Assembly: GCA_027262695.1 (NCBI GenBank)
Contig: GCA_027262695.1_4722.1
DNA: 64,000 nt
Strand: one strand, 5' to 3'
Source of the DNA: a phage
The position numbers and the translations under genes are program-made. Of this stretch, positions 39,915 through 50,445 are shown one piece after another (position 1 is the stretch's first letter; the number at the start of each line of letters is the position of its first letter). Under the pieces are notes generated by a model. That model worked only from the letters and a program-made list of their open reading frames with translations. It was not told the DNA's origin and made no database searches.

Positions 39915-40441
39915 AAGCCCTTAAAACCCGGTGCCATAGGTTGCCCAAACACCGCATTTAAAGTACATATGATGTCCTGGATGCCATTGTCCCAATGGAG
40001 CCAAGTACGCACCATCTCTTCGTCTGACAACGTGATATAACTCATAAGTTTACCGCTGCTTTCCAGACGTTGGTGTGAACTTAACGACTGACGATCTGAC
40101 CAGTTATCGATCAGCTGTCCGGCAATCTGAACGTTCGTGTCCCGTCGACCCGTGTGAATGAACCGTAATGTATCACGGATAAACTCCAGGCTCGCGAAGT
40201 TCAGGTTGGGGTTATGGCTGTTCATTTCCACCCAATCGGTGATGGGGTACATCAAACGATAAAGGGTAGAAAGTACCTGACGTTCATATTTCCAGTCATC
40301 CAGAGGAGTACCATCGACCAGACGCTGATACAAACTTACCACGTCACGGTCGTAGTTCTCCTGCCGCTTTACACCGTTAACCGGAAATCCGAAGAACCCG
40401 GTACCGTATAACGTTAAAGGGACGTCACGAAGTGCATTCAT
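39911..40441 (-). CDS. hypothetical protein
   Basis: 176 aa ORF; 4 nt overlap with the upstream gene. Confidence 0.55.
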   Translation of the reverse strand: MNALRDVPLTLYGTGFFGFPVNGVKRQENYDRDVVSLYQRLVDGTPLDDWKYERQVLSTLYRLMYPITDWVEMNSHNPNLNFASLEFIRDTLRFIHTGRRDTNVQIAGQLIDNWSDRQSLSSHQRLESSGKLMSYITLSDEEMVRTWLHWDNGIQDIICTLNAVFGQPMAPGFKGF

Positions 40442-41337
40442 ACAGCCGCCTCTTCTTTTCGTTTAATATCGTAACGAAGTTTCTTCAGTCGCTCTTCATG
40501 ATATTCGATCTGTTGTTGGATCTTCGGATCGTTACCCGCGTTCTGCTGCTGTTGCTTCAATGAAAGAATCCAGTATTCCAGCGCTTGCGCTTCTTCTTTA
40601 GCGACCTGTAACGCAGCTTCTTCTTTCTCGCTACGATAGATACGGAAACGATAAATCCATGAGTTGGTCATCTGTGGGTTCCACATCCCCAGACGCATCG
40701 GGTCGGTATTACCTGCGTTGTATAATCCGTTACCCACACCGTCTTCATCAGAAACGATGACGTCAGGGATTTTATCCAGACCGGCAAGGATCTGTTGTTT
40801 CTGCCCACACAACACTTCGGTAGCGATAGCGAAACCGTACATATTTGCTGTCAGGTAAGCGATGTCGTTTTTGGTGAAGAATTCACCAAGGGCCTTATCC
40901 CCACCAGGCATGCTTTCACAGATGATTGTTGCGCGTAGCAGTGTACGAGCATAGCCGACGTAGAAACTCAAAGATTCAACAAGACGTACCAACGCGGCTT
41001 CTTTGAAGCTCAACCCGTCAGCGGCAACATCGATCTCCAGGTTTTTATTCACGCGTTTAACGATTTCTGGAATCAGCTCAACTGCGTTACGTAACGCGAG
41101 ATGAACGTTTTCTACCCAGCTTCCAGAACGCACACGCGTTAAACGTTGGTGGAGGTCTTTATCAGCCAGTTTCCATAAGGCGCTTTCCCCTTTCTGAAGA
41201 AGGGATGCGGATGTTTCGTAGTAAGGGATGGCAGTGTTGCTGATTTCGTCGCGAATCGACTCCAGTGCGTCAGCAACGCCGTTGCGTTTAAAAAGCGGTT
41301 TTAAACCGCGAATGAATTCTTTAAAATCGATCGCCAT
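40438..41337 (-). CDS. hypothetical protein
   Basis: 299 aa ORF. Confidence 0.6.
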   Translation of the reverse strand: MAIDFKEFIRGLKPLFKRNGVADALESIRDEISNTAIPYYETSASLLQKGESALWKLADKDLHQRLTRVRSGSWVENVHLALRNAVELIPEIVKRVNKNLEIDVAADGLSFKEAALVRLVESLSFYVGYARTLLRATIICESMPGGDKALGEFFTKNDIAYLTANMYGFAIATEVLCGQKQQILAGLDKIPDVIVSDEDGVGNGLYNAGNTDPMRLGMWNPQMTNSWIYRFRIYRSEKEEAALQVAKEEAQALEYWILSLKQQQQNAGNDPKIQQQIEYHEERLKKLRYDIKRKEEAAV

Positions 41338-41375
41338 GGATAAGCACCTATGCTATTTCAAAACGGTTTTGTATA

Positions 41376-42482
41376 TCAACGGATCTGTGGGATGTTTCCG
41401 GTGCGTAAAGCCTGAAGAATCGCCAACAAATCGGAACCGGAGGTTGAAGAACTGTTGGCTTTCTCCAGTTGTTTGAAGCTGACGGTGGTTCCCTGATCCA
41501 TGCTGTGGAAATAGAAGGTCGCCATCTCTTCTGCTTCATCGATGATGATCAGCTGCATCGCAAGGGCTTCAGCCATGACTTTCTGACGCACGCTGTAATC
41601 CGATAAACGACGCCCGATCTTACGCTCGATGGCTTCTTGGTTAGCCTTAGAGATGATATAGGTGGAGGCGATGGCTCCAGAAGAAGGGATCTTTGTGCTG
41701 GCTGCGGCTTTTGCTGCGTTGATACGCGCGGCATTAACAGCCTTACGGATACCTTCTTTATCCATACGTGAAATGCGTTTATGTTCACGAACCAGATCGC
41801 TCAACAGAATGATGTCACTCCAGAAGGACAGTTCACCCGCCATCATGCGATGCCAGCGTGCACGCCAGGTGTTCTGTGGACCACCGATCGCGAGAATAGA
41901 AGCGAGCACTTCTGCTGGAGAGCTCGCGATACGCATGCTGATGTTCAACGGCATTTTCATCGTGGCCTGACCGTCGGTCAACGTAACCGTCAGGAACTTC
42001 CCGGTTACTGCGTTCGCATCTTTGTTCAGCATTTCAATGGCGGCATCGCTAGCACCGACAACAATGCTATTTTTCTGTTTTCCTTGTAAGTTAAAGCCTT
42101 TCTCATCAAGGAAGACAAGACTTTTGCTATCCGCGCTTTCGAATGCGATTTTTGCGGCTTTACCGAACAGATCGGCGTTACGATTTGGGTTCACACGACC
42201 CAGAGTTTTATCCACGCTGATGTTACCGACCTGCATGATGGTATTCAACGCCAGCAGATAAAAACCGGTATACATGTTTTCAGCGGTGCGCATGCAGTTG
42301 CCTAACGCACTGCGTGCGTCGCTGTAGTACAATTCACGTTCGAAAATAAGCGGAGCAATGACACGTGACGGTTGCGAGAGTTCAACCAGCGAACCCGGCT
42401 GGATAAGTTTATTGACTTCGTAGACTTTAGCGATACCGGACGCAACAACGTTAACGGCGTCGGCAATTTCTGATGCTACCAT
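41376..42482 (-). CDS. hypothetical protein
   Basis: 368 aa ORF. Confidence 0.6.
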   Translation of the reverse strand: MVASEIADAVNVVASGIAKVYEVNKLIQPGSLVELSQPSRVIAPLIFERELYYSDARSALGNCMRTAENMYTGFYLLALNTIMQVGNISVDKTLGRVNPNRNADLFGKAAKIAFESADSKSLVFLDEKGFNLQGKQKNSIVVGASDAAIEMLNKDANAVTGKFLTVTLTDGQATMKMPLNISMRIASSPAEVLASILAIGGPQNTWRARWHRMMAGELSFWSDIILLSDLVREHKRISRMDKEGIRKAVNAARINAAKAAASTKIPSSGAIASTYIISKANQEAIERKIGRRLSDYSVRQKVMAEALAMQLIIIDEAEEMATFYFHSMDQGTTVSFKQLEKANSSSTSGSDLLAILQALRTGNIPQIR

Positions 42483-42516
42483 ATTGAAATCCTTATTTAC
42501 AAATAAAGGAAAGAAA

Positions 42517-43725
42517 ATGTCTAATTACTACGACCAAGCTATTCAAACCATTCAGGAGAATAATGCGTCGTTAACACCCGAAGCTGTGGAGGCAGCTGGC
42601 AATGCGGTGCTATTCACTGATTCGGATTGGGCAATAGCGCGGAAGAATATTCGTACCAGTGTCGGTCAGGGGACATACGAGGACAGTATCGCCAGACGGT
42701 ATCGAAATGTCTCCCCTATTCCAGGGAACAGCCCGATTCCGATTAACCGCGATCATGCCGGTATTACCTTCTTTACACGACCCAATTTAAATCTTACCGA
42801 CGCGAATTTAAAACGCGATCGTCGCTTATGGTCGTTACGTACGGATAACCCCAACAGTATTCAGGCGGTTGTCCGTGACTATTTAGACCCTGTAGGAGCC
42901 AGAAAGCGTAACCATCGAGGACGCGCCATCGTCGACGAGCGCAATCCATTCATAAGTATACTGACGGATAACCTGACGGATATCAGCGGTTTCAATGACA
43001 TGGAGATGCAGGTTTACCAGGGTAAACCGGGATTACGCCAAGAAACCGTGGTGATGGCTGACGGTTCGGTGGATATGTTCCAACCCTATAACCTGAACGC
43101 GACGTTCAAGAACATCATGGGCAATCCCATCATGTTCCTTCATTATATTTGGCTGATTTACATTGCTGGCGTGCATAATGGTGAATTGTCGCCAAGCCCG
43201 CAGGCCATCATCGATAACGAGATGGATTATTGGACACGGTGCTATCGCATCATTCTCGATCCTACTGGCATGTATGTTCGTTACATCTTTGCACCAACAG
43301 CGATGTTCCCCGTTGGGCTACCGATTGGTAACATGGCCAATTACAGCATTGATAAGCCTTTCACGCAGGATAACGAACGTATCACCATTCCGTATCAAGC
43401 GGTAGGGAACAACGCATTCGATGAAATCCTGAAGGACGAATTCAACCGTTTGGTATTGATGTTCTATTACGGTGAGAATGATACCCGTACGTTCCTTGAA
43501 GACGAAGAGGTCGTCCCGATTTCACCCTACGAACGTCGGATTATGTCTTATCGTGTCGATATGTATCCTTTCATCCATCCATTAACCTCGGAGCTGCTCT
43601 GGTTTGTTCCGGCTGATGACTATAATGAATTCTATCTGGATCTTGAACCATCTGCATTACCGCCGGATACGTTCAGTCGCGATCTTGTCCGTACCACTAT
43701 TCCGCAAAGTTACGAGGGAGAATAA
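42517..43725 (+). CDS. hypothetical protein
   Basis: ATG at 42517 with aaggaaag SD (the track ORF from 42484 is an upstream extension); about 402 aa; only 34 bp separates it from the divergent gene. Confidence 0.6.
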   Translation: MSNYYDQAIQTIQENNASLTPEAVEAAGNAVLFTDSDWAIARKNIRTSVGQGTYEDSIARRYRNVSPIPGNSPIPINRDHAGITFFTRPNLNLTDANLKRDRRLWSLRTDNPNSIQAVVRDYLDPVGARKRNHRGRAIVDERNPFISILTDNLTDISGFNDMEMQVYQGKPGLRQETVVMADGSVDMFQPYNLNATFKNIMGNPIMFLHYIWLIYIAGVHNGELSPSPQAIIDNEMDYWTRCYRIILDPTGMYVRYIFAPTAMFPVGLPIGNMANYSIDKPFTQDNERITIPYQAVGNNAFDEILKDEFNRLVLMFYYGENDTRTFLEDEEVVPISPYERRIMSYRVDMYPFIHPLTSELLWFVPADDYNEFYLDLEPSALPPDTFSRDLVRTTIPQSYEGE

Positions 43726-46719
43726 ATGAGCGTAACCAACAAAGATCTTGCCGAACAGCTCAATCGCTATATGCTCTCACCGATTGAGATGCAAGCTGTT
43801 GCAAGTGATATGATTCGCCTGGCCTCCGACGGAGAATTAACTTTGGTTGACCCAAGCTGTCCGTTTGTGTATCTGTTGGAAGTTGCCACCGCCACAGCCG
43901 CCAACCAGAATGCGCGTGATGAGTCACGGGTACGCGAACTGTATCCGAAGTTAGCAACGACCTGGAGCCAACTCTACCGTTGGATGTACGATGAGTCTTA
44001 CGTGGGTCGGTTCGCAACACCCGGCAAAACCGAAATCATCTATTCATTAGGTTACCAGGAAATCCTTGATCGCGCTGTTGAAATCCCAAGCACCGCCGCA
44101 TCGAACGATTTAAGTCGTTCTTATAGCCGTAAGTTGGTGATTCCACGTACCACGGTGTTTACGGTTGCCGGTATGGATTTTGGAGTACATTACCCGATTG
44201 AGATTCAGGTGCAAGCACACGATCAGATACGTGTTGTATACAACACGGATACCATCAGTCCGTTACAAACTCTGGAAAGCAACCAGGTTGAATACGGTGT
44301 TGTTCGTGTAAAAGCAGGTAAAGTGCTGGTGATGCGTATTCCGTTATACCAGTTTAAGACGTTAACGAAAGATGTGCCGTTTAACAGCGTTCACGGGATG
44401 AACAGCAGTATCACCTTTGAGGATCAATTCTATCATTGTCGTGCGTATATGTCGTCGGACAACGATACATGGACGGAAATCGCAACAACACACAGTCAGC
44501 AGATTTACGATCCGTTAACACCAACCATCGCATTACAGGTTGAAGGCAATACCCTGAACTGGCGTGTACCTGAAATCTACCTTTCTCAAGGGACGATGGA
44601 TAAAAGCACAATACGGCTTGAAGTCCTTACGACGAAAGGTAAGATAAGTGTCGATCCGTCCGATTACGATGTAACGGATTGGAAAGATAACTACATCGAT
44701 CTGTCGCCAAAAGCAGAGCAGAAATACAGTGCGCCGTTAAGCGCATTCAACATTAAGGGTATTTATAGCGAAGGTGCATTGTCGGGCGGACGCTCTGCGC
44801 TGACCTTCGAAGAACAGCGCGAACGCGTTATGGCGGGCGTGAACAAAACCAAGGTACCGATTACAGGAACGCAGGTGGAGCTGGTGCTGCAAGACGCCGG
44901 TTACGGGATGGTCACCACCATCGATAACGTCACGAACCGTTCGTTCCTGGCAACGCGAGATCTTCCGCAGCTGAGCGACAGCGTACCGCAGGCAGGTTCG
45001 TTGATGGGATCTTTCTATACATCGGCTGCTGCGTTGGTGAAAAGTAAATTCGTTGCAGATAATGGCGATCGTATTACGATTAAACCGGATTGCTTGTACC
45101 GGGATAGTAACGGTAACATCACGTTAATGACAGATGACGAGATCGACCGTATTAATGCGGGTAACTCGGACGTCAAACTGAACGCGGTTAATAATGCGAT
45201 GGTCATGTATAGCCCGTTCCATTACGTGTTGGACGCAACAAGTGATTTTGATATCCATGCTTATTACTTGGACGCACCGAAAATTGGTACGCAAGCGTTT
45301 CTTGATGCAAATGAAACCATCCCATTAACGGCGATGGTAACAGGTTATCGCCTTGATCGTAATGCTGAGGGATATCGTTTAAATCTTATCGTTGAAGGTA
45401 ACGATGCATGGAAATCGCTTGATGATAAGAACGTGCATGTGCAGCTTGCGTTCAATCCGCGCGGTGAAGGTGATTATGCAACGATGGTTGCATCGCCAAC
45501 CACGGATGAGCAAGGTCGTCGTTTGTTTACGTTTGATATCACGACGAACTACGACTTCACACGAGTGCTGGCGGATGATTCTACAGCGTACGAGCCGTAT
45601 ATCGCATTGACGTCCTTCTCGATGTATGAATCCACACCACGCGATTACTGGGCGTCATTACAACAGTACCTGGAAATCTTCCATGTGGTGACGGATTACG
45701 CGCCGGAGGACGTTGATGGTATTCTGCATAGTGCTTCCGACAATTACCTGGTTAAGAAACTGACGCTTCAGAATGGTTATTGCTTCTATCGTGAACGCCT
45801 CACCGCAACCTTCGGTTACGATTTGGACGGTCTCTGGATGCGCTCAAGAACGGTGGCTTCGGAAATCACGTATAAGCGTTACACCGAGAACATTCCGTGG
45901 GTATACGAAGAAGATATTCCAGCTACGGATGAAACCGGTTCGGTGATCATCGAACAAGGTGATGGTGGTACGTTGTCAGTGAAATACCTGCACCGTAAAG
46001 GGGATCCGAAATTAAACAGTGATGGTAGCCAAGCGTATCGTTATTTGAAAGGCGACATCATGAGAGATAATTACGGGAATCCTATTCCGGTCGATGAACG
46101 TGAGGTTCTGCGTAATCTGGATATGTTCTTTATTGACGCGTCGTATCTCCTGGCGAACGATACCGACGTTGCAGATTACCGTAACGCGATCCCCGCACAA
46201 CTGATTGAATGGATCCAAAACGATATCAGTACCTTCAGAACGTTCTGTTACGAAGAGACCGAGATCTCACTGTATCCGAAACAATCGTTGGGTTACGTCG
46301 ATGTTATCGTTGAAAACGGGCTGGAAACCACGCTGCCTGCTGCCTTGTCGTTCAACGTGACGTTGTATTTACCGGCGAAGCAATATGCTGACCTGGATTT
46401 ACGTCAGGTACTCCAGTCGATGGTTTCTAAAGTCATCAATGAGTGCTTAACGTCGCGTACGGTAGCAAAAGCAGAGATGATCGCAATGATCCGTGAAGAA
46501 GGTGGGGAAGATATCCTGAACGTTGAAATCGATGATTTCGGTCCAGGTAAGAACCTCAGTGTGTATACGGCGAAGAACGATGGTGTTCGTTGTGCTGTGA
46601 AGAAAGAGCTTTACGTGAAAGCAGATGGTATCTTATCGGTACGTGAAGCGATCGATGTGAGCTTTGTAAAACACGCACAAAGCAACAGTTCTGCATTAGC
46701 ACAGGGTCTTCGTATCTAA
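43726..46719 (+). CDS. large hypothetical protein (possible virion/tail component)
   Basis: 997 aa; ATG immediately after the stop of the upstream gene; followed by hairpin 46740-46771. Confidence 0.6.
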   Translation: MSVTNKDLAEQLNRYMLSPIEMQAVASDMIRLASDGELTLVDPSCPFVYLLEVATATAANQNARDESRVRELYPKLATTWSQLYRWMYDESYVGRFATPGKTEIIYSLGYQEILDRAVEIPSTAASNDLSRSYSRKLVIPRTTVFTVAGMDFGVHYPIEIQVQAHDQIRVVYNTDTISPLQTLESNQVEYGVVRVKAGKVLVMRIPLYQFKTLTKDVPFNSVHGMNSSITFEDQFYHCRAYMSSDNDTWTEIATTHSQQIYDPLTPTIALQVEGNTLNWRVPEIYLSQGTMDKSTIRLEVLTTKGKISVDPSDYDVTDWKDNYIDLSPKAEQKYSAPLSAFNIKGIYSEGALSGGRSALTFEEQRERVMAGVNKTKVPITGTQVELVLQDAGYGMVTTIDNVTNRSFLATRDLPQLSDSVPQAGSLMGSFYTSAAALVKSKFVADNGDRITIKPDCLYRDSNGNITLMTDDEIDRINAGNSDVKLNAVNNAMVMYSPFHYVLDATSDFDIHAYYLDAPKIGTQAFLDANETIPLTAMVTGYRLDRNAEGYRLNLIVEGNDAWKSLDDKNVHVQLAFNPRGEGDYATMVASPTTDEQGRRLFTFDITTNYDFTRVLADDSTAYEPYIALTSFSMYESTPRDYWASLQQYLEIFHVVTDYAPEDVDGILHSASDNYLVKKLTLQNGYCFYRERLTATFGYDLDGLWMRSRTVASEITYKRYTENIPWVYEEDIPATDETGSVIIEQGDGGTLSVKYLHRKGDPKLNSDGSQAYRYLKGDIMRDNYGNPIPVDEREVLRNLDMFFIDASYLLANDTDVADYRNAIPAQLIEWIQNDISTFRTFCYEETEISLYPKQSLGYVDVIVENGLETTLPAALSFNVTLYLPAKQYADLDLRQVLQSMVSKVINECLTSRTVAKAEMIAMIREEGGEDILNVEIDDFGPGKNLSVYTAKNDGVRCAVKKELYVKADGILSVREAIDVSFVKHAQSNSSALAQGLRI

Positions 46720-46739
46720 AACAAATAACGCAAACATAA

Positions 46740-46771
46740 CCCTCCTCCAACCCGTAAGGGAAGGAGGAGGG
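46740..46771. terminator. conserved GC-rich hairpin (family copy 8)
   Basis: ccctcctcc-aaccc-gtaa-ggg-aa-ggaggaggg; flanking aaacataac...aatatg is shared with copy 1; between convergent genes. Confidence 0.65.
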
Positions 46772-46780
46772 AATATGCTG

Positions 46781-49700
46781 TTATCTTACGTTATTGCTAT
46801 TCTGCTGTTCACTGAACCAACCATAGACTTTGAGATCGGTACCGTATCTCAGTGCAAGGTATGCGTTCATCGCAGCACAGAACAACGTCGCGTAGTGCCA
46901 TAAGAGCTCAACATCCATGTCATCGGGAGTCTTGGTAAAACCAGCACCTGGTACAAAGCGTGACGGTTCATGCATGAACGTGCGGTACCAGTCGTGCTGT
47001 TGTTGTTTCGTCGTGAAATCACGGTGTGGTTCTAACGCTTCTCTTGCAAGACGACGATACTCGAGAAGATGATGATTAGCCCGATTATCGCGAGGGTAGC
47101 TTACTTCGTAGTTAGGATCGACAGCTTGGCATAACGCTGTTGAGTCTAATAACTCGATGGCTTTGACTAACTTATCGCTCGCGTTGGTGATGAGCGCCGA
47201 TCTGTAATACTCGATCGAATTAGCAAGTTGCGAATAGAAGTCATCTAAGGCATCTGGATTTGATACCTGCAGATCAAGACCTAATGTCCACGGATAGCTG
47301 CTTTCATCATTGAGTTGCGGTACGACACCCAGGAGATGTTGGCAGATAGCTGCGTGATTATTGAACTGATCGTGGAAAATAGCTCGTGCAACTTCAATCG
47401 CATGATGATAACTCAAACGCCGTTCCTGACGTGTCGTCCTAAATGAGTTAACGGCGAGCAGTCCCGCGGTAGCCGCGCAAACATCAGTGTCGTTGACGTT
47501 GTTAAGCACATAGTTACTAAGCTGGAAAGATTCTTGCTTCAACGTTCCATTGGTCGCCGTTGCTTCGCTATTCGCTTTATCAACGATGGTGCTTAGCGCG
47601 TTAATATAACGTTTAGCGCGAACTTCCAACCACTGTGCGATCCCAAGCACATCCACAGCCGCTTTAGCAAGGTCACGTGCGTTCACGATTTCGTTCTTCA
47701 ATGCACCCAGCCCTTTATTTTCAGGCGAGGAGGCTTGTTGTCGAATCATGCTGTTTAACATCGTAAGCAGGTTATCCAGCTCGTGTCCGCTGACCTTGTT
47801 ACGTGCGTCAGTAATCGGCCCTTGCAGGAATTTACGACAACCGTCATTATACCGAATCAGTTTATCCACATCGATGGATTCGTTCGTGGTTTCCTTGAAC
47901 TGATTCTTTAATTCTTCACGGTAGTCGTGTATCTCGCTTGTAAGATTATCAACGGTGATACCATTGTGACCAAGAAGAACTTTACTGAAGTTGCCCTTCT
48001 CGAACGCCAGTGCGATGCCTTCACGAATCTTAGCCAGTTTATCCTGATCTAATTCACGACCGTTTGACAGTTCTTTCACTTCAGCACTGATTATTGCTGC
48101 AACCGTTCCAAGGTTATCGGTAACCCCTTTGAACGTGCTTGACCAAACACTTCCCGCTTCAGCGTATTTTGCGATGGTCTGGATACCGACGCTATGTAAC
48201 GACGCTAAACGTTTCTTCGTACCTTCGGTAAGCAATGCATCTTTAGCTCGCGTAAGTTGACTGTTATTGGCTTCCGCTTGCTGGATGGCCGCTTTCGCAT
48301 TCCCGTTACGCCAGCTCTTAACCAACCAATCGACCAAACGTTTCAGGATGTTGATGGTATATTCCATCGTACGTCGTAACGTTTCCCATGCGCTTTCAGC
48401 GGTATAGATCCCACCAACAGTGTACCCTTCCATCTTCAGCGCTTTGGTATCGGTTTGACGTGCCAACCATTCTACCGTCGCAGAACAAACGTTTACGAAC
48501 GCCTCCAGGTAGTTGTAATAGACCTCTGTTGCGGAGGTTTCGTTGAGCTTGGAATGCAGATAAAACTGTTCGTATAGCTCGTCGTCATCACCGAAGGCGT
48601 CGTAGTTCCACAGTTCGGTATCGCAGCCGGTACCACAGAAGACATCCGCCGTTGTAAACTCCTTAAGTGCTTTCGTTGCGTCGTTGGTCAGGAATTTACC
48701 TGTCTCAAGTACGTCGTCAACATTAAGTCTCGGGAGTTCGTCAGTAATTGGGTTTTCCAGCATCAACGTATTGAAGAACACGCTGTACTTGTATCCAAGC
48801 CATTTTGGATAACTGTTTTCAGATATCGTAGACGCCGGTTTGATTTTCTTGGCTTCAGCCAACGTGTCTTCTGCAACCTGATATTGGTTTTCCCCAGCTT
48901 TGATACGTCGTAATGCTTTTTCTTCCAACTGTTTGAGTTTGTTGTGCCGTGCTTGAGCTGGAGCCTCAACCAGTTTTTGTACCGACCGCATGGCGGAAAT
49001 CGCTTCTTTCAATGTGGTGATCGGCATACGAACTTTACCGTCATCGAAACTCAGCGCGCGAGCAATACGTCGACTTACAACAGGTTCGGTATGGATGTTT
49101 CTTTCTACCCACGATTTGTTTGCGTAGGTTTGCGTGATTTGCTGCTGGATCTTTTCAAGATAGCCCCAGCTTTTGGATGCTTTGCCGTCCAAAAGCGGAT
49201 TAGGTCCTTTCTTATCAAAAAGCTTTTTGATAGGATCAAAGAAACCTTCTTGCACGAGATCGATACGGGTGTAACCATCAGCTGCTTCGATTTCTTCTTG
49301 GGTTTTATCCCAGAAGTCGTCGCTCTTTGCAGCAACCGCTGTATCTTTAATGTCCAGGATGATCTGACCCACCGTTTGCGCAAACAGCAAGGCCGCACGT
49401 ACCGATTGTGCGAACATCCGCTGATATTTGATTCGAACGCATTGCATCTGGGTTAGCAGATTCAGTTGCGCGATCCCATCCAAGGTGCTATCTTGAGCAA
49501 GTCCTTCAGCCTTAGCGATAACCTGTTTTACACGTTCAGCGACATCAACGTATTGCTGGCATACATCCCGCAGAATACGTGCTGCGAAGACCCCGGTACC
49601 GATATAGTTCAACAGGTCTTTTAATGACCATTCAGACGGACAATCGGCTGGTGCGGTAGGGAGTAAGCAACCATCACCGTCCATGAATCGCTCTAATGCA

Positions 49701-50386
49701 CTAATATCCTGATTTTCTACTCTCATGGGGATATCAGCATCAGCGGCTTGCAGATCCAGCATCTGTTGTAGGATGTTGGTATCGGTTTGCACAAGCGTCG
49801 CAAGCGCTTGGCTGTGTGCGATTATTGGTAACGCTGGTGACCATACTGCAGCAAGCTTGTCGGCGTGACGTTGAATGGCATACCCCATATCCTCGATCAC
49901 GTCAGGATGCTCGATAACCCCCTGAAGCGTTTGATGCAGCTCACCGAGTTGTTGAGACAGATAGACCATCATGGCGTTGAAGGTTTCGCCATCCTCTTTG
50001 TGGTTGTCCAGACGCTCAAGTTCATGTTGAAGCAATGCGACGAGCTGTCCGTTGCCTTCTTGCTTCAGCTTGCTTTCCATTAACGTAATGGCTTTATCGA
50101 CGATCTGACGCGCTTCACGAAAACCGGTTGTGGAAGGAAGCTCTGTCCATAACGCCAGCGGTTTACCGTCAAGGGCTTCCGGCATCGATAACGAAAGCAT
50201 AGTCAGTTGTTGGCGTGATACTTGCTGTTCACGGTGTAATGTTTCTTTTAACGCCAGGAGATCGTCAAGAAACGCGCCGTTAAGGGCGGTCGTACGCGGT
50301 GTTGAATTAATACCGTCAGTTAATGATTCAAGCACCAGGAGACCGTTATCAGCTGAAGAGAGTCCCGCGGCAAGATATTTGTTCAT
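46781..50386 (-). CDS. very large hypothetical protein (possible virion protein)
   Basis: 1201 aa ORF, largely helical by composition; contains ILKRLVDWLVKSW helix reminiscent of family C. Confidence 0.6.
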   Translation of the reverse strand: MNKYLAAGLSSADNGLLVLESLTDGINSTPRTTALNGAFLDDLLALKETLHREQQVSRQQLTMLSLSMPEALDGKPLALWTELPSTTGFREARQIVDKAITLMESKLKQEGNGQLVALLQHELERLDNHKEDGETFNAMMVYLSQQLGELHQTLQGVIEHPDVIEDMGYAIQRHADKLAAVWSPALPIIAHSQALATLVQTDTNILQQMLDLQAADADIPMRVENQDISALERFMDGDGCLLPTAPADCPSEWSLKDLLNYIGTGVFAARILRDVCQQYVDVAERVKQVIAKAEGLAQDSTLDGIAQLNLLTQMQCVRIKYQRMFAQSVRAALLFAQTVGQIILDIKDTAVAAKSDDFWDKTQEEIEAADGYTRIDLVQEGFFDPIKKLFDKKGPNPLLDGKASKSWGYLEKIQQQITQTYANKSWVERNIHTEPVVSRRIARALSFDDGKVRMPITTLKEAISAMRSVQKLVEAPAQARHNKLKQLEEKALRRIKAGENQYQVAEDTLAEAKKIKPASTISENSYPKWLGYKYSVFFNTLMLENPITDELPRLNVDDVLETGKFLTNDATKALKEFTTADVFCGTGCDTELWNYDAFGDDDELYEQFYLHSKLNETSATEVYYNYLEAFVNVCSATVEWLARQTDTKALKMEGYTVGGIYTAESAWETLRRTMEYTINILKRLVDWLVKSWRNGNAKAAIQQAEANNSQLTRAKDALLTEGTKKRLASLHSVGIQTIAKYAEAGSVWSSTFKGVTDNLGTVAAIISAEVKELSNGRELDQDKLAKIREGIALAFEKGNFSKVLLGHNGITVDNLTSEIHDYREELKNQFKETTNESIDVDKLIRYNDGCRKFLQGPITDARNKVSGHELDNLLTMLNSMIRQQASSPENKGLGALKNEIVNARDLAKAAVDVLGIAQWLEVRAKRYINALSTIVDKANSEATATNGTLKQESFQLSNYVLNNVNDTDVCAATAGLLAVNSFRTTRQERRLSYHHAIEVARAIFHDQFNNHAAICQHLLGVVPQLNDESSYPWTLGLDLQVSNPDALDDFYSQLANSIEYYRSALITNASDKLVKAIELLDSTALCQAVDPNYEVSYPRDNRANHHLLEYRRLAREALEPHRDFTTKQQQHDWYRTFMHEPSRFVPGAGFTKTPDDMDVELLWHYATLFCAAMNAYLALRYGTDLKVYGWFSEQQNSNNVR

Positions 50387-50401
50387 AAAACACTCCGTTG
50401 G

Positions 50402-50432
50402 CCTAGGGGAAGGTTTTCAGCCTTCCCCTAGG
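50402..50432. terminator. GC-rich hairpin (family-related copy 9)
   Basis: cctaggggaagg-ttttcag-ccttcccctagg between co-directional large genes. Confidence 0.55.
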
Positions 50433-50445
50433 GTTATAAACACAA

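Noticed and set aside
46775-46906. Short ORFs beginning at the ATG that follows several hairpins (GGAGGAGGG then ATG), e.g. at 503, 20847 and 46775
   Set aside because: The SD-like sequence is the 3' arm of the hairpin and the ATG is part of the TATG flank; the ORFs are 6-43 codons, antisense to real genes and not conserved between copies.
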